Positions 24,403 through 38,828 are shown, numbered from the whole stretch's first letter. The stretch: 61,760 nucleotides of DNA, filler included, from Porpidia crustulata (GCA_964255105.1; 7 parts of 7 records of this genome joined end to end with filler, not necessarily neighbours in it); one strand, 5' to 3'. Program-made: numbers and translations. Notes: generated from the letters alone by a model not told the origin.

Positions 24403-26475
24403 TGGGAGGAGTTGCAGAGTGGTAGGAATTAATCACCGGGCTCTATGTAGTTTCTAGGTGGAAGGGGTCACAGGTTGTATGAAAAATTGCTTTGGTCCCT
24501 CTTCGTCTAAACCTCTTTGCTATGTCTATCTGTAAGAATATGTCGTGTATGTTTCCATCTCTCCCACCCCCTCATTGTCTCTTCTCATAGTATAATGACC
24601 GATCCAACGATGCTTCTACCTCAAATTATCTTTATTTCTCCGCATTGTGGCAATTTCCTATTATCTAGTCTGATCTTCACGCCCTCTTTCAAAATCGAAC
24701 GAAACATTCATGTCTGATCTAACTGTAGTCTATCATGTAAATGCACTATTTCTTGCACTGTTTCTACATTCCAAGATTCCTCAATATGAACATCTGCACT
24801 TTCAATCGGGCATTCATGCGAGCTCCTATTGCCTGCATACCGCTGATCAGCATCGTCTGAACTAGCTTCATTGACCGTTCATACTTCACTCCTTATCCTT
24901 CAATATCAACAGCACATCACGTCCACTCCCACGGCTTCTATACTCCTGATAAGCCGCCACCCACGCAGTATCTCCTCATGTATGTGCGCTTTAACTTCGC
25001 TCCGAATCTCGTTCTCGAGCAGAATGTCACGTTCGATTCCTATTCCCGTGTACCACCGAATATCAGGTATTCCAGCAGATTCTGTATGCATTTGCAGGCT
25101 TCGCTTCCTGTTTTGGGATTTGAGCGGAACGCTACGTTCGATTTTTATTGTTGAGTGTCATGGATCGAGTTTTGTTCTTGGAGGAAAGGTTCATGGATGG
25201 ATTGGCTTTGATCGTTATTGCTGATTCCGACTGGGACTGCTGTGTTAATTATTATATTGGTGTATTGTAGATTCCCACTCCTCTTAATCCCCCCCCCTAT
25301 CTCTAAGCTTAGCAGAAGCGTCACATCCGATTCCACTCCTTTACCTACGTGTCACTTGATTTCATCATCGACTCCATAACCACTCACCCTTCCTACCTTT
25401 CCTCCCTCTCCTCTCTCTTTCTTTCCTTTCATACCACACCCATCTTCTTTTTTACTCTACTTACCTATCTCAGCTTATCCTACAACAGCCACATCCACTA
25501 CACCAAAAATACCAGTGCCAATTTTTCGGAATTTCTCTTATCTCTTTGGAAGACCAGGTATTTGTGAGATAGAGAGAGTCACACGATGCTGTTTAAGGGG
25601 AGAATAGATTGAGGTGCTGAGCTGAATATTTCAAGGTATTGCTAGTATCTAATATACCCAGGACGCCGTTACACATGGACTACGCACCGGTAAGCAGATT
25701 CAATTCCATCTCATCCCGCTAGAATCGATCCCTCCATTATGAGCATATTCCAACCAATAGTCCCCCAACCTACCCCCACCTCAGCAAACTTCTTCATCCC
25801 TTTTCGATTAGGACGTCAAATCCAAAGTACCGCTGACGTGAATGGCATTAAACATCTAGATAATCTACAGCCAAACAGCCCCTAAGCACAGCAACCTCAA
25901 AAACAAGGACTCTCGAGCAGACGGATGAATCAGCGACTTGACAATTCTTCTTTTTCCCGACGTTTGTAGAATGGCGTACTAGTGATGTGGCTGTTCAATG
26001 TTGTTGCGAATCGTAGTACTTGCGACTGCAGTGGGATATTTGAGAAGAAAAAGTATCGCTATATCACTATAAGTAATGACAATGGCCAAATCGAGGATAG
26101 AATTATTGGATCTTGGTTGGTAAGGACTCATTTCACTTGTCTCTAGACAACTTCGTCACTACAAAAGTCAAACCTCCCCCCATCCCGGTCAAGACAACAA
26201 TATCCCCTCGCATCTATCTCTCAACCACAAAACCCCATCCGCTTTCTCGATAATTATCTAGAGTATAAGCATGATATTTGAGCAGAAGATTGCATACGAG
26301 GAAGACGAAACACAGCAGCAAATTCTATATTACTGGATCTAGATGGTGTCTATTTGACAGCTTTGGGGAGTGAGGGTGTTCCTTTCCGCTCCTTTGAAAC
26401 AGGCATCGTTGACATACATTTGTCACAGAGTTGAGCTGGTAGGATTAGTGTGGCGTGCCAGTGTTGGGGTTGGGT

Positions 26476-26575
26476 NNNNNNNNNNNNNNNNNNNNNNNNN
26501 NNNNNNNNNNNNNNNNNNNTTAATTAATTAANNNNNNNNNNNNNNNNNNNNNNNNNNNNNNNNNNNNNNNNNNNN
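26476..26575. other. Artificial contig-joining spacer
   Basis: N44-TTAATTAATTAA-N44. Confidence 0.98.
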
Positions 26576-26592
26576 CCAAAATCCCCCAACAA

Positions 26593-28615
26593 TCAAACAG
26601 CAGCATAAAACCCAACCCTAACGCCCTCCTTGCCGGGACTCAACACAATCTCGCTCTTGAGCGTCTGCTCGGCGTCGGCCCAGTACTTCTCGATGCGTTG
26701 GAAGCGCTGCAGGATGCGGACGAGGGTGTAGGACATTTCGATGGTGGCGAATTGTTCTGTTTGACGGTCAGTTGTTTTCTTATTGGTTTAGGATAGAGAA
26801 AGAGGGGAGAAGGGAGGGGAAAGGATGAAAAGGGGAGGGAAAACTCACGACCGACGCAGATTCTGGGTCCGCCGTTGAAGGGGATATAGGTCCATGGTTT
26901 GGGGGTCCAGCCACCATCCCAGCGCTCGGGGACGAAGACGCTTACGTCTGGGAATCCGGGTGGGATAGGTTGATACGTTTCTGGGTTTCGCTGCATGTGC
27001 AGGGTTGAATACCCGATGGGCGTGTCCTTCCTGATGCCCACGGGGCTGAGACCATCTTTGCCTCCACCGCGAGGGAGGGAGGTGTCGCGCAAGGACATAC
27101 GCATGTTAAAAGGGACGGAAGGGTACAGGCGCATGGTTTCGTTGATGGTGTGTTGCAGGTACGGCATAGCTTTCAGGTCTTCGTACGTCGGCGCGCGGTG
27201 AGGGCCAAGGCGCTCGAGGATCTCCCGGCGGAGTTTTACGACGACGTTCGGATGCCGGCTGAGTTCGAGGATGGTGAAAGAGAGAGTCCCGGCCGTGGTG
27301 TCGCGGCCAGCGAGGAGCACGGCTACTAATTGATCCCGAATGACTTTTCGATCACGGGTGTACGATGCCAGGGCATGCAAGAAGGTGTAGCCCTCTGTTG
27401 ATTTAGTCTTTTCGTCGAGTTCGTTCTGATCCAGGCGGACGACGCGCTCGATGAAAGGGTTGACAAAGGAGTTGATGACCTTGAGGCCTGCGCGGAAGCT
27501 GCCACGGGGGAGAAGCTTGATGACCAGGGGACTGGAAAGGTCAGTGGGTATGATTGATGGCGGAGGCGAGGAAAATACCCGACTCGAGCAAACATATTCT
27601 GCACCCGTTGAACTTCGGCGAATGCAGTTGCGAATTCGGCGTTTGGATTGTCCAAGCTGTCAACACTTTTACCGAGGAGGAATTCGGTGGCAGAGTCGAG
27701 AGTAAACCTATTTCCATGGTCAGAAGTGCCGACTCCGTCTCCTAGTCATGGAAAATCATCACCTGTAGAACAATGCAGAGACTAGAAATCTGTCAGCGGC
27801 TAGGCAGTGTAACGTTTCACGAGCAATCTTACTATCGACTGCCTGTCCCCTCGGCCCAATCTGGCTGAGCATTTTGTGCACATGCTTTTCGAAGATGTGC
27901 AAATCGCTCACACGGGTCTTGATAAACTGAGGTCTGATCAACTGCCTGCTATTGTGCCAGGACTCGCCGTCTGTTGTAAAGATACTACTCATGTTAGTTC
28001 TCTTGTTTGCCCAAAAAACAAGGTAGTCCGTACGAGTCTCCCAGAAATTCTTCCCAATCTTTGTGGAAGGGTTCTCCTTTTCCATAGTCCTACAATAATG
28101 GTTAGCCGGCGTTCGATATTTCTTGGTAAATCAAAGGACAAACGGCGAATTGCGATGCCAGAATGGCTTTGATATTCTCCGGATCAGCAGTGAAAATAAA
28201 TCTGGGTCCACTGTAAGAAACCGTTCAACATCAACGCAGACCGAATAAGTGACATGCTATTGACGCACCGCTGGCTAGTAAGATTCAATTCCACCGTATT
28301 AGAAGCACTGTGAGGTCTCGCCCATGAGAACAGCCAGCTCCAAAACTCGAGATCCTTATGTTCGTGGCCTGCTTTCATCGAGCGCCAGATGTGAGCAAGC
28401 CCTGTATTAGCATCAGCGTCGGTCGGGATGGGACCGAACTAAGTCCGGAGGGAAGGGTTCTTACCAAGCGGCACAAAGCTTCGAACTCCAGGCGCATATC
28501 CACCTAAGCGTACGATTTCACGATGCTCTTTGACACGACCGGCGACAAGATAGATGAGAGCGGCGATCACGAATAGGCCAAGGATGGTCTTGGTGTTTAG
28601 CCATTGCTCAAGCAT
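26593..28615 (-). CDS. Cytochrome P450, CYP52 clan (alkane/fatty-acid hydroxylase-like), multi-exon
   Basis: N-terminal membrane anchor, SIFTTDGESWHNSRQLIRPQF, I-helix AGRDTT, ETMR, PERW, heme motif FNGGPRICVG. Confidence 0.93.
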
Positions 28616-29304
28616 GTTGAAAGCAGGAGTATAGGTAGCTTTAAAGCCAATGGCCGATTGACTGGGAGGTTTTCATTGCAATGGTCTTCAGATTGCGGGG
28701 TAGCCATTGAGGGAAGGCCGAGACTATTAATATAGCAGAAGGAAGTGTGAGACATTTCTGATCTCATTATCAGGGTATCGTATGGCAGGGAAGTCCTCGT
28801 CCATACATTTTTAGGACGAGAGATACTTGGCACTTCCCCGCAGCACGCCAAGCCATTGTACGCGCACCTCGCGTTCATGCTGTCACATCCGCCTGTCGCT
28901 TAATGTTCATCCCACGTCACGTGGATGAATCTAGATTATCACATGTCCTTATGGATTCAAGGTAGGGTAAACATCACAATCAGATTAGATTGATTTTATT
29001 CAATTCATGATAGAACCTCATGGTCATGGAAGAGGTACGCATGTGTTGTTGTATCAAGGTCTCTAGAATTATATCATTATATCCTTCGCTATGGTTCCAA
29101 GTCTCCAGCGTTTTATGCTGAATATCACAGTTTCATCATGCATCCCATCGTTGCCTATCCGTCAAACCCAGCGTTGGCCCCAACCGACGCCTTGCTGTTC
29201 ATGAAGCTCCAATATCCATTCTCCCAACGCCCTGATAGGCTCGTATCCATTCGTGTACAAGTCGTAATACACGTCCGTCAACCTTCCGCTGATACCAATA
29301 TGCT

Positions 29305-30852
29305 CTAGAGAATAAATGCACCGGCCATGGCGCAAGCAGCGCCTAGTAACAGGATGTCGACTTCCCCGATAATCGAAGTCGCTCCGCTGATGACCTTGAT
29401 GACATTGATACCCGATCCGGACGGGCTGGCGGTGCTATCCGCTCCTAGGGCAACACCCGTCGGTGAATGTACTGGTGCTGGAGGCGCAGAGGTGATGAGG
29501 AAGCCTTGGTTGTCATAGCTTTTGACTTGCCCAACAGCTTGTGTTACGGTGACTGGAAATCCTTGTCCGTTGAACTCTGTCACTACTTCAGCTCCAGGAG
29601 CCGAAGATGAGACCGGCGGCAAGGCTGCTGGCGACGAAATAGGTGATACCGGTTGGGATGGTGACTGCAAAAGCGTGAGGTCAGTAATCTATGCTTACAC
29701 CATGTCCTCTGGACGGGATGCAAGGGACTCACTCACTGGCGCCGCGCTTGGCGGAACGACTTTACCGGACGATGTAATAGTCCATCCGGACGGCAATCCC
29801 GGCAGGGCAGTCGTTGCCGTTTGCGCACTGGTCTGCATCGTCGTGGGAGTCCAGCCTCCAGCATTAGGTATGCTAGTCGCAGTGGTGTCACGGTGGGTTC
29901 CTTCAAACGGCATTGGGGCACTATTGGACGATGAAGTGACTGCTGGAGGTGATGCAGCGACTGGTGCCGCACCATTCCCGCTCGAGTGAATAGTACCACC
30001 GTTAGACTTAATTGATTGCCATGTACCGTCGGTGCCGGAATATGTATACTGCGCGCCAGTAGAGTAATCCGTAACAGCAATAGAGCTGACATCCATAACA
30101 TATGGGCCACTCGCATAGTTCGTAGGACCACCGGCCCAGGCAATTGTACCAGGGGCATTGGACGAGTCGCCTCCACTCCAAGCTCCAACTTTGATCATCA
30201 TTGGTGACTGAGGATATTGCCCAGCGGCCGCAGTTTGCGGTGTCAACGTTCTTACGGTCTTCCCATCAATTTGCCAGGCGATCTGGTCCGCCGTCCAGTC
30301 TATCGAGTACTTGTGGAAAGAAGCTTGGTTGTTCGGATCTGCGTGGAAGGCTCCTCGATTATACGTGGTAGTCTGGCCTTTGCCGAAGTAATTGCTCTGG
30401 ACTTGCTGGGCATCTCCTCCAAGCCATTCCCAATCAATTTCATCAAGATCGTCTGATTGTAGCACGGCACTGCTGACGATACCAGCGCCAGGGGCTGGCT
30501 TCATGACAAATTCGACGTGCCCGAACATGAGGTACCATTTTGATATCAATTGTGGCGAGTCTCCAGACTTTGCTACTGTGAATTTGGCGCCGCTCGAGTC
30601 ATATGTTGGGTTCCCTTGAGCTGTGAACGAATCGGAGGCCCCTTGTGTGAAGTCTATATTTACTGATCTACCGAGTGCCGTATCTGGTGGACAGCTCCCT
30701 GCTCAAATCAATCAGAGATTGTTTAGTCCAGCGTTTTGTGGATTGGGCCTACCGCTCGTAAGAGGATTGCATGTACTATAAGTTTGTGCGGCTACTCGTG
30801 CTGTGGCCAGTATAGCAGTAATGAAAGTAATGGATAGACGTTGGAATCTCAT
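29305..30852 (-). CDS. GH16 Crh1/Crf1-type cell wall transglycosylase, GPI-anchored
   Basis: Signal peptide, CNPL...CPPD, catalytic DLDEIDWEW, VQSNYFGKG, Ser/Thr/Pro-rich tail, and a hydrophobic C-terminal GPI signal. Confidence 0.93.
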
Positions 30853-31519
30853 GGTCGAGATATGATGTTCAGAAGGAGATTCGGTGTTGCCCACGCTGGT
30901 CAATGCTTGTGGCAGCTGTTGAACCCGGGGAGATGAATGAACCTGTAAGATATGGGTAGCTACGGATCAAGGTAAGACTGTGGAACAGAGGATGGAAGAT
31001 GAGTAGATGTGGCTGGTAGCTACGCTAGGATGTTTGGGGCAAAGGATTGAGTCGGGAAATATCAACGTTACAAGACTTTCCTTTGGTAGTATTTACTTGT
31101 GATCACTAAGATTATCCTAACCACCTCGATTATTGCCTGCCACTTCTATTAGTGTTTTCTTTCTGTGACGTCCGAGTTGTACGTAAGTATTGTCCGAAGT
31201 GAGGGATATGATTTGAGCAATATGGAATGGCTGATTTGGAGTAGATTGATCATGCGCTGGCGAGGATACGAGCTTATGGAGGGGTAAACAAAAGAGGCTG
31301 GGGGGACTGATCTGTTGGCGGGACACCGCATCAGCACTGTCACTACCCGGCGCTGTTCTCGGGTAAGGCGCTCTCGTCGCTCGCTTATTTTAGGTCGGTT
31401 AGAACAGCTTCAGCCCCGGCCAGCAGTTGCAAGATGACACGAAGAAATAACGACTGGATGCAGCGACACAAGATCCAACGGCTGCTAGTAACGTGGTTCT
31501 GCATCTGATTCTTCTGATC

Positions 31520-32814
31520 ATGGCACTGAATTTAAGCCCGCAAGAGAAACTCTCTTTAATCAAGGAGAATCTGCAAGAGGTCTTGAAGCCCGAAATTCTC
31601 GAGGATGTGATTATCAAGCAAAACAGACCACTAGTTATCTATTTGGGTACCTAATGCAAAAGAACTCTAAGAGCCTCTCTGATAATTCAGATAGGCACTG
31701 CGACGACAGGGCGGCCGCATTGCGGCTATTTCGTTCCAATATGTAAAGTCGCCCACTTTCTGCGCGCTGGCTGCACTGTCAAAATCCTCTTAGCAGACAT
31801 ACATGGCTTCCTCGACAATCTGAAAGCTCCAATCGAGCTGGTCAAATTCCGCGCACAATACTACCGATTCGTCATAACCGCGCTTCTCAAGTCCGTCAAT
31901 GTGCCCATAGAAAGGCTGGAATTTGTCCTAGGAAGCTCTTACCAGCTGTCAGCAGGTTATACAATGGACCTTTTCCGCCTGAGTTCGGTAGTGACGGAAC
32001 ACGACGCCAAAAAAGCCGGGGCAGAGGTGGTCAGACAAGTTGCGAATGCTACCCTTAGCGGTCTCATCTACCCCCTTATGCAGGCCCTGGATGAGGAACA
32101 TTTGGGCGTCGACGCTCAATTTGGCGGTGTGGACCAGCGGAAAATTTTTATTTTGGCAGCAGAGCAATTACCCAAAATCGGCTACAAAGAGCGAGCGCAT
32201 CTGATGACCCCAATGGTTCCCGGACTCGCAGGGGGTAAGATGTCAGCGTCAGACCCAGATTCCAAGATCGATTTGTTGGACAAGCCTGAGATAGTGACGA
32301 AGAAGCTTAAAAAAGCTGCTGCCGCCCCGAGAGAGGTCGAGGGGAACGGCATCATCAGTTTCGTGGAGTATGTATTACTGCCGATCAGTGCTTTGAAAAG
32401 TGGCGAAAAGGCCAAATTCGTGGTAGGACGAGAGAGGGATGGAAAAGAGCCGCTGGTATATGAAGACATCAAGACCTTGAAGGACGATTATACGGTTGAT
32501 ACGGTAAGATAAATCGCAGATGCGACTTCTTGTACCTCACAAAAGACCATGTACTGATCACCAGGCCATAGCTGACCCCGCAATTACTGAAAGCGGCTGT
32601 GACTCGCGCCCTGATAGAATTACTCGAGCCAATTCAGAAAGATTTTGAGTCGTCGTCTGAGTGGAGGGAAATCGAAGAAAAAGCTTACCCTCCACCGGAA
32701 GTCAAGAAGAAAGAGAAAAAGGTCAAGGATCGAGGAAGTCGATTCCCGGGTATAAAACCGGATGTGGTAGCGCAGCCAGATGGACACGTTGAAGGGAAGG
32801 CCAAAATCAGGTAG
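31520..32814 (+). CDS. TYS1: Cytoplasmic tyrosyl-tRNA synthetase
   Basis: GTATTGRPHCGY (HIGH-equivalent), LADIHGFLDN, QFGGVDQRKIF, GKMSAS. Two introns. The true stop may be at 32876 (see findings). Confidence 0.96.
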
Positions 32815-33367
32815 ATTTAGCCACTGGGGCGGAGGCGGCAATGGAGAAGCTTGATGTGACGGGATCGGAATCATAAGCACTTTGATGTATCTATTTATAT
32901 ATTCATTCTGCATACCTGTAACCAGGGAATTGTTAGTTTCCATGAGAAACGTAGTTCACAAGACAACGAATCACGTTGAAGGCAAAGCCGATTATCATCC
33001 ACGTCGGTATGGTTGCCAACAGGTGACATGTGACATGGCGATAAGTGCGAAATCAAGTGCGAATTTGCACGTCGCAACTGGACAGAGCGAGTCATCGACG
33101 TCATCGGTCAAAAACGTTACGCGTTGATGTCTACAATTAAACATTTTATAATTCAATGTTATCTCATACGAGCCCGTATTATTGGTATTCTAGAAACAGC
33201 CTGAGATGATGAGAAACCTTCCTTCTAATTCCTACCGCTTAATGTGAAACAATTCAATGGTGCACTGCCACGTCCAACAAACATCCGCAGATGCCTCAAA
33301 TGATGGCAGTATCCCATGGTCCATTTCATTCGAAATACATATTTAGTATATTCAGCTTTTTGCGATA

Positions 33368-35075
33368 ATGCGTAAACATGTGGACGAGCGACAGCCGTTG
33401 CTACCAGCGGCATCCATCCATTCAAACGATTCCAATGGCTCGGGTCAACCGCGGAACGGGCGATGGCCGGTGTCATCAATAGATTCCATAAGAGCTTTCC
33501 TATCAAGTGACGCTGCAATTACCATTATCTGTGTCTTTACGCTACAATTTCTGATTAGCTTCGCAAAGCACGTCGTCGAGGTTCCCATTGTTCGTCTCTT
33601 CGAAACCGCGATATGTGATAGATATTATTCAACCCATCCAGACGCGGACTCCGGGAGAGATGGGCCGCGCTCATGCAAGCTTCCTCCCATTCAGGATCAA
33701 TTGGCTCTCATCACTGGCTTTCGCTTTGGATTCGATGCTTTTGGAGGAGTGATATCGGCAATCTACTATGGAGGACTTGCCGACAGACTCGGACGGAGAT
33801 TGGTTTTGATACTCTTCTGCATTGGGACGCTCTTGAGCCTATTGTGGATCGTCCTGGTCTGCTATCTGAATGAAGTGCTGCCGACGCAACTCGTATGGAT
33901 CTCTTCGATTTTTCTCTTGGTGGGTGGGGGGCAAAGGGTTGCTAAATCCATGCTCTTTACGATTATTGCAGACAGCGTGGATCAGAAAAGCCGGTAAGCA
34001 ACCATATACTACTTTTACTTTCACGCGCGACTAAAATCGGACAGGTCGAGATATATGTATCTGCTGTCCTCCGTGCCTCACGTTTGTACGCTGATCGCAC
34101 CCCCTTCCGCTGCCTTCTTTATGCGCGTTAGCATCTGGTTGTCATTCCAAATCGCCTGCGGGACTTTGGTCTTGGGCGCCATACTTGTATGGCTCATGCC
34201 GGAATCGCTGAAACGCCAACCGGTTACGAAGGATGATCACGTTCTTCCAATTGGAACGTTTGCACCACTCGACGAAGATGAGGAGCCCCTGATTCCCGAA
34301 GAGCAGCCTCGTGAAAGCATCGGCAGTTCCACGGTTGCGCCCACCCGTGATCTAACATGGTGGGAAGAGATTAAAGAGCTGTTTGAAATTCCAGGATTAC
34401 GCTTTTGCTTCGCTTTATTCTTCATCGTCCCAATTGCACTTATTTCAAAGGCTTATGTGTACCAGGTATGGTCCTCCTATAGTATTAGACCACGCAAGCT
34501 AACATAAGAAAGCACGCGTCCGAAAAGTTCCACTGGCCATACACCCTCACCACCTGGCTCCGCTTCTCCCAAGCAGGCGGCGCCTCGATCGTCACCCTCA
34601 TCACCCTTCCCACCTTGACCACCGTGCTCATCCGCAAAGGATACCGAGCCCAAAAAATCGATCTCAACGTCATCCGCATCAGCCTTTTCATCGCCGCCGT
34701 CGGGTTCGGGCTACTCTGGCAAGCCCAAGTCGGCTGGATGCTGCTCTTCGCACTCTTTATCGCCGGGCTTTCCGAAGGTCTGGAACCGGCTTTGCAAGGT
34801 CTTGCGACATCGCTCGATATGGGAAGGCACGCGCGGATGTTTACGACAGTGGCTGTGATTGAGACGGTGGGGAAACTTATCGGTGGACCGGGCATGGCTC
34901 GGCTTTTCGCCATCGGTCGAGGTGGAGGTCATGGCTCAATGGGAGTATGCTTCTTGGCAGCCTCGGTATGCTCTTTCAGGTGAACTTTGATAAAAATGAT
35001 ACGTACTGACTTTTTCCAAAGGTGATCTTCGTAGTGCTGCTCATCGCAGCTTCCTTTATGAGAGTCAAGCGCTGA
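33368..35075 (+). CDS. Major facilitator superfamily transporter, multi-exon
   Basis: Motif A-like YGGLADRLGRR, many hydrophobic segments and a central cytoplasmic loop. Three introns. Confidence 0.88.
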
Positions 35076-35301
35076 GACCGGACATGGAAGTACCCACTAC
35101 AAGCAGGCAGACACGATTACCACCAAATCACCGGCAAACAGCGATATCGAAGACCATGATCGTCAAGATTTTTGTGAAACCGAGGCTCCGCAAAGCAGAC
35201 AGGCTCATCCTCCCAAAAACAAAGATCTAGCCACTTGCCATCCCAAAGGGGCAAGCATCTCACACCATCCGCTCCTTCCACCCCTCCCCTCCCTCCTAAC
35301 C

Positions 35302-35401
35302 NNNNNNNNNNNNNNNNNNNNNNNNNNNNNNNNNNNNNNNNNNNNTTAATTAATTAANNNNNNNNNNNNNNNNNNNNNNNNNNNNNNNNNNNNNNNNNNN
35401 N
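35302..35401. other. Artificial contig-joining spacer
   Basis: N44-TTAATTAATTAA-N44. Confidence 0.98.
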
Positions 35402-36124
35402 AACTGGGATTCCTGGGGCAAAATCCGTGTATTAAGGGAGGGTTTTGATGTCGAAGGCGTCAGCAGCGGTTGGAGCAACGACATACAGCTACCGCCTCAA
35501 CCGACCTCTAACGATGACCCAGAGACCAATGGAAGCGCCATTATTGTCCGTCCAGAATCCCCCCAGCAAGCCGCCGTTCTGAGCACCTACGAAGAAACAA
35601 TCCGTAATCCCAAGACAGTCTCCAATTCCACCACTTTCAAAAATCAAAGACTCGAAATTCCCTCGATCAACACCCAAGATTTCCTAGACTCCCAACTCGC
35701 TGTCCTAGACCGCCTCAAAGCGGAAGAGGAAAAAGCTGCGCAATCCCAATCACGCTCGCCAGATACCGATCATAGCCTCTCTCCATCCTCCAATACGGTG
35801 AATACTTCAAGACAGCCCTTCACCTTCGCCAGTAACCCCTCCTCCCAGTCTAGAATTAGTGAGCAAATTGGGCCAGTCCAATTCAATATGGGCGGTATAC
35901 AGGTTGATGCCGATGATATGGTGCGTAGGCTGAAGCAACAAGCCCCATCGGAATCCGTTGCGGGAACCCCCGAGAAGATCACAAGTGGGCCAAGGGGGAC
36001 TGCGACTCCGGAGCGGGAGAAAGACGGAAAGGCGCAGAACGAGGCATTGGCGTCATTTTTTGCAGGACTACTGAAGCGGCCTGGTGGGAGCGGGAGTGCA
36101 AGTCCGAAGCCAGGGGCTGCATAA
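35402..36124 (+). CDS. Cytoplasmic dynein light intermediate chain, C-terminal part (5' truncated)
   Basis: Open frame from the contig start: NWDSWGKIRVLREGFDVEG...TQDFL...IGPVQFNMGGIQVDADDM...NEALASFFAGLLKR. Confidence 0.85.
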   Translation, partial: NWDSWGKIRVLREGFDVEGVSSGWSNDIQLPPQPTSNDDPETNGSAIIVRPESPQQAAVLSTYEETIRNPKTVSNSTTFKNQRLEIPSINTQDFLDSQLAVLDRLKAEEEKAAQSQSRSPDTDHSLSPSSNTVNTSRQPFTFASNPSSQSRISEQIGPVQFNMGGIQVDADDMVRRLKQQAPSESVAGTPEKITSGPRGTATPEREKDGKAQNEALASFFAGLLKRPGGSGSASPKPGAA

Positions 36125-36523
36125 TTGGAGATGGCATGGTCAAGCTGGAATATTGGTGGAGCAGATGATCATGAATATACCCTTCAATAGACTCTTGCAT
36201 GGCGGGTCATAAGTCATGCACTGCCAGCCGGTTAACATCTTTGCATTTCTCCATTGGTCATCCAGATCCCATTGCAAATTTGAATGATATGTTCTACTTC
36301 CCCTGGTTCTTTGCCACTCATGATTCTGAAACCACGCAGGTGTAGTATCGTTGAAGGTCTCCAATGATCTACTAGACAGATAGGTGGAAGTTATGCTGCC
36401 GGGAGCGGCTAGCAAACGCAGGCCACCCATTATCTACTTCCCCGCTCCCTTGTCCCTAATAGGCCGTTCAAGACCCTTCAGCTCCCAACCCTTCTTGCAA
36501 AATTCATAGAATTTTTCACATAG

Positions 36524-38828
36524 ATGTCTGGCGGCAATGAGACAACTCACGCGTCAAGCACTGGCGTTACCACACCGATTGATGTTCCAGAGGTGCAACA
36601 GGAGCCTCTTGACGCAATCTCATGCCCGAGGCCCCGATCATGTAGATTACGCCCTGATGTCTATTACTACTGGGCTAACTCTTACAGCCCCCTCTGCTTA
36701 AGCAGACTATCGGAGAGCACTTTGAGTCTGTAGTGTCGAGATTCGGTGATCGCACAGCGTAAAGATCTTTGATATCTTGCATTCGTATCTGAAAAGTCCT
36801 GATTTTGTCAAGTGTCATTTCTCGTCATCAGCAGGCGCGTCTTACTTATGATGCCCTGAATTGGAAAAGCAATGCTTTGGCGCGTGGGCTCTCCAAACTT
36901 GGCGTGAAAAGAGGCGATCGAGTTGCTGTTTCGTTAGGTAATAATATCGAGTATGCCATGGTAAGAAATTTGATATCCTACGAGGGATTGACATGGATTG
37001 GTGGCTAATGGCCTGCAAAGGCGACTTATGCGGTATTTAAGCTTGGAGCTGTCCTGGTAAGCTGCCTGTATGTCTCTGATATATGAAATCCTCTGGTTCA
37101 GAATGAAGCTTTCAGAAATAGTTGTTTCATGAATCCTTGAGTTCACACTTTCCTAAGTTGTTCAGGTTTGAGCTTTGTTACCTTGATTTATGGGTCCAGA
37201 TTTCAATAAGTTGGCGCGATGATTATCTGGGATTTCGGTTTACATATTTTAGAGTCTTATATCCGATAGGTGCCTTTGAATCCAGCTTTCAATGCCCAAC
37301 AAGTGATAGCGGCACTCGGCCATCTAGAAGCATCACATCTGATCATTGGTACCGAAACAAACCTCCCGAGGAAAGCACCACGCTCAAATATCCCATTATT
37401 ACAGCAAATCCTACCTGATCTTCAGTCTCAAACGATCGAATCGCAAGCTGTTCCTTCGTTGAAACAAGTCATTACCGTGGATAATTCTGACGGGCGAATC
37501 GACACGGAGCTCTTGAAACCCACCATAGAGTATAACAATGTATTGGAAGATGGCGAATCCGGTGATTCATTGCCTCAGCAATTACTTGATCCCAGCGACG
37601 TGGTCAACATTCAGTTCACTTCTGGAACAACGTCCGCCCCAAAAGCTGCTTGTCTCAGCCATCGATCGATTCTTAACAATGGGAACAGTATTGGTGACAG
37701 GATGCTTCTGACAGAAATCGATATTGTTTGCTGCCCTCCACCACTATTTCACTGCTTTGGATGTATCCTGGGCTACATGGCAACAGCGACGCATGGATCA
37801 GCGATAGTCTTCCCAGCTGAAGCTTTTGACCCTTATGCTACCCTCAAGAGCGTACAAGAGGAGAAATGTACAGCTCTTTATGGTGTTCCAACCATGTTTA
37901 TCGCAGAATTGGAGCTCCTGCAAAATGGAACAGTGCCATACACTGGGTTCGATCATCTAAGAACGGGCATCGCAGCTGGCTCCAGTATCCCTGCCGAGCT
38001 CATGCGAAAGCTCCATAAGATATTAAATCTGACAGAGCTAACCATTTGCTATGGGATGACCGAGACTAGTCCTGTGTCTGCAATGACTACAACTGATGAT
38101 CCTATTGACAAGCGCATCGATAGCGTTGGACGATTAATGCCGCATGTGGAATCGAAGATAGTTGACCCTAATGACCATACTAAGCTACTTCCAATTGGAA
38201 CTAGAGGTGAGGTGGCAGTCAGTGGATATTGTGTAATGAAAGAATATTGGGGAGCGCCAGCGAGAACTGCTGAAGTGCTCATACCAGATGGTCAAGGCAG
38301 GATTTGGATGCATGTCGGTGCTACCAATTCTCTCATTGCTATGATCCATGCTAACCAAAATTCAGACTGGGGACGAGGGAGAAATGGACGCTGAAGGTTA
38401 TGTTAAGATCACTGGTCGAATAAAAGATCTGATCATCAAGGGTGGAGAAAACATTCACCCTTTGGAAGTAGAGAATTGCCTTTATAGCCATTCCGTTGTG
38501 AAAGAGGTCAGTGTTGTTGGCATTCCTGACGAGCGGTACGGTGAAGTTGTTGCCGCCTTTGTGATTCCCGTCAACGGTATGTCAATCACAGAAGAGGATG
38601 TGAGGACATGGGTTCGGGAAAGACTCAGCCATCATCTGGGTAAGTATCTTAGTCTCGCAAATCGTCAAATCTATGGAGTATGATCTCATGCTGATGGACA
38701 ATTTTTCAGTACCAAAGTACGTTTTCTGGGTAGATAATTATCCAAAAACAGCCAGCGGCAAGATTCAGAAATTCAAGTTAAAGGAAGAGGGCCTATTGCT
38801 TGTCAGGGAAGGCAAAGGCCTGAGGTAA
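36524..38828 (+). CDS. AMP-dependent acyl-CoA synthetase (ACSF2-like), multi-exon
   Basis: QFTSGTTSAPK, YGMTETSP, TGD, GRIKDLIIKGGENI, PKTASGKIQK. Confidence 0.93.

Noticed and set aside
40..38828. Secondary metabolite cluster (BVMO, P450, MFS, acyl-CoA ligase)
   Set aside because: The genes lie on different contigs or are separated by housekeeping genes, and there is no PKS, NRPS or terpene synthase.
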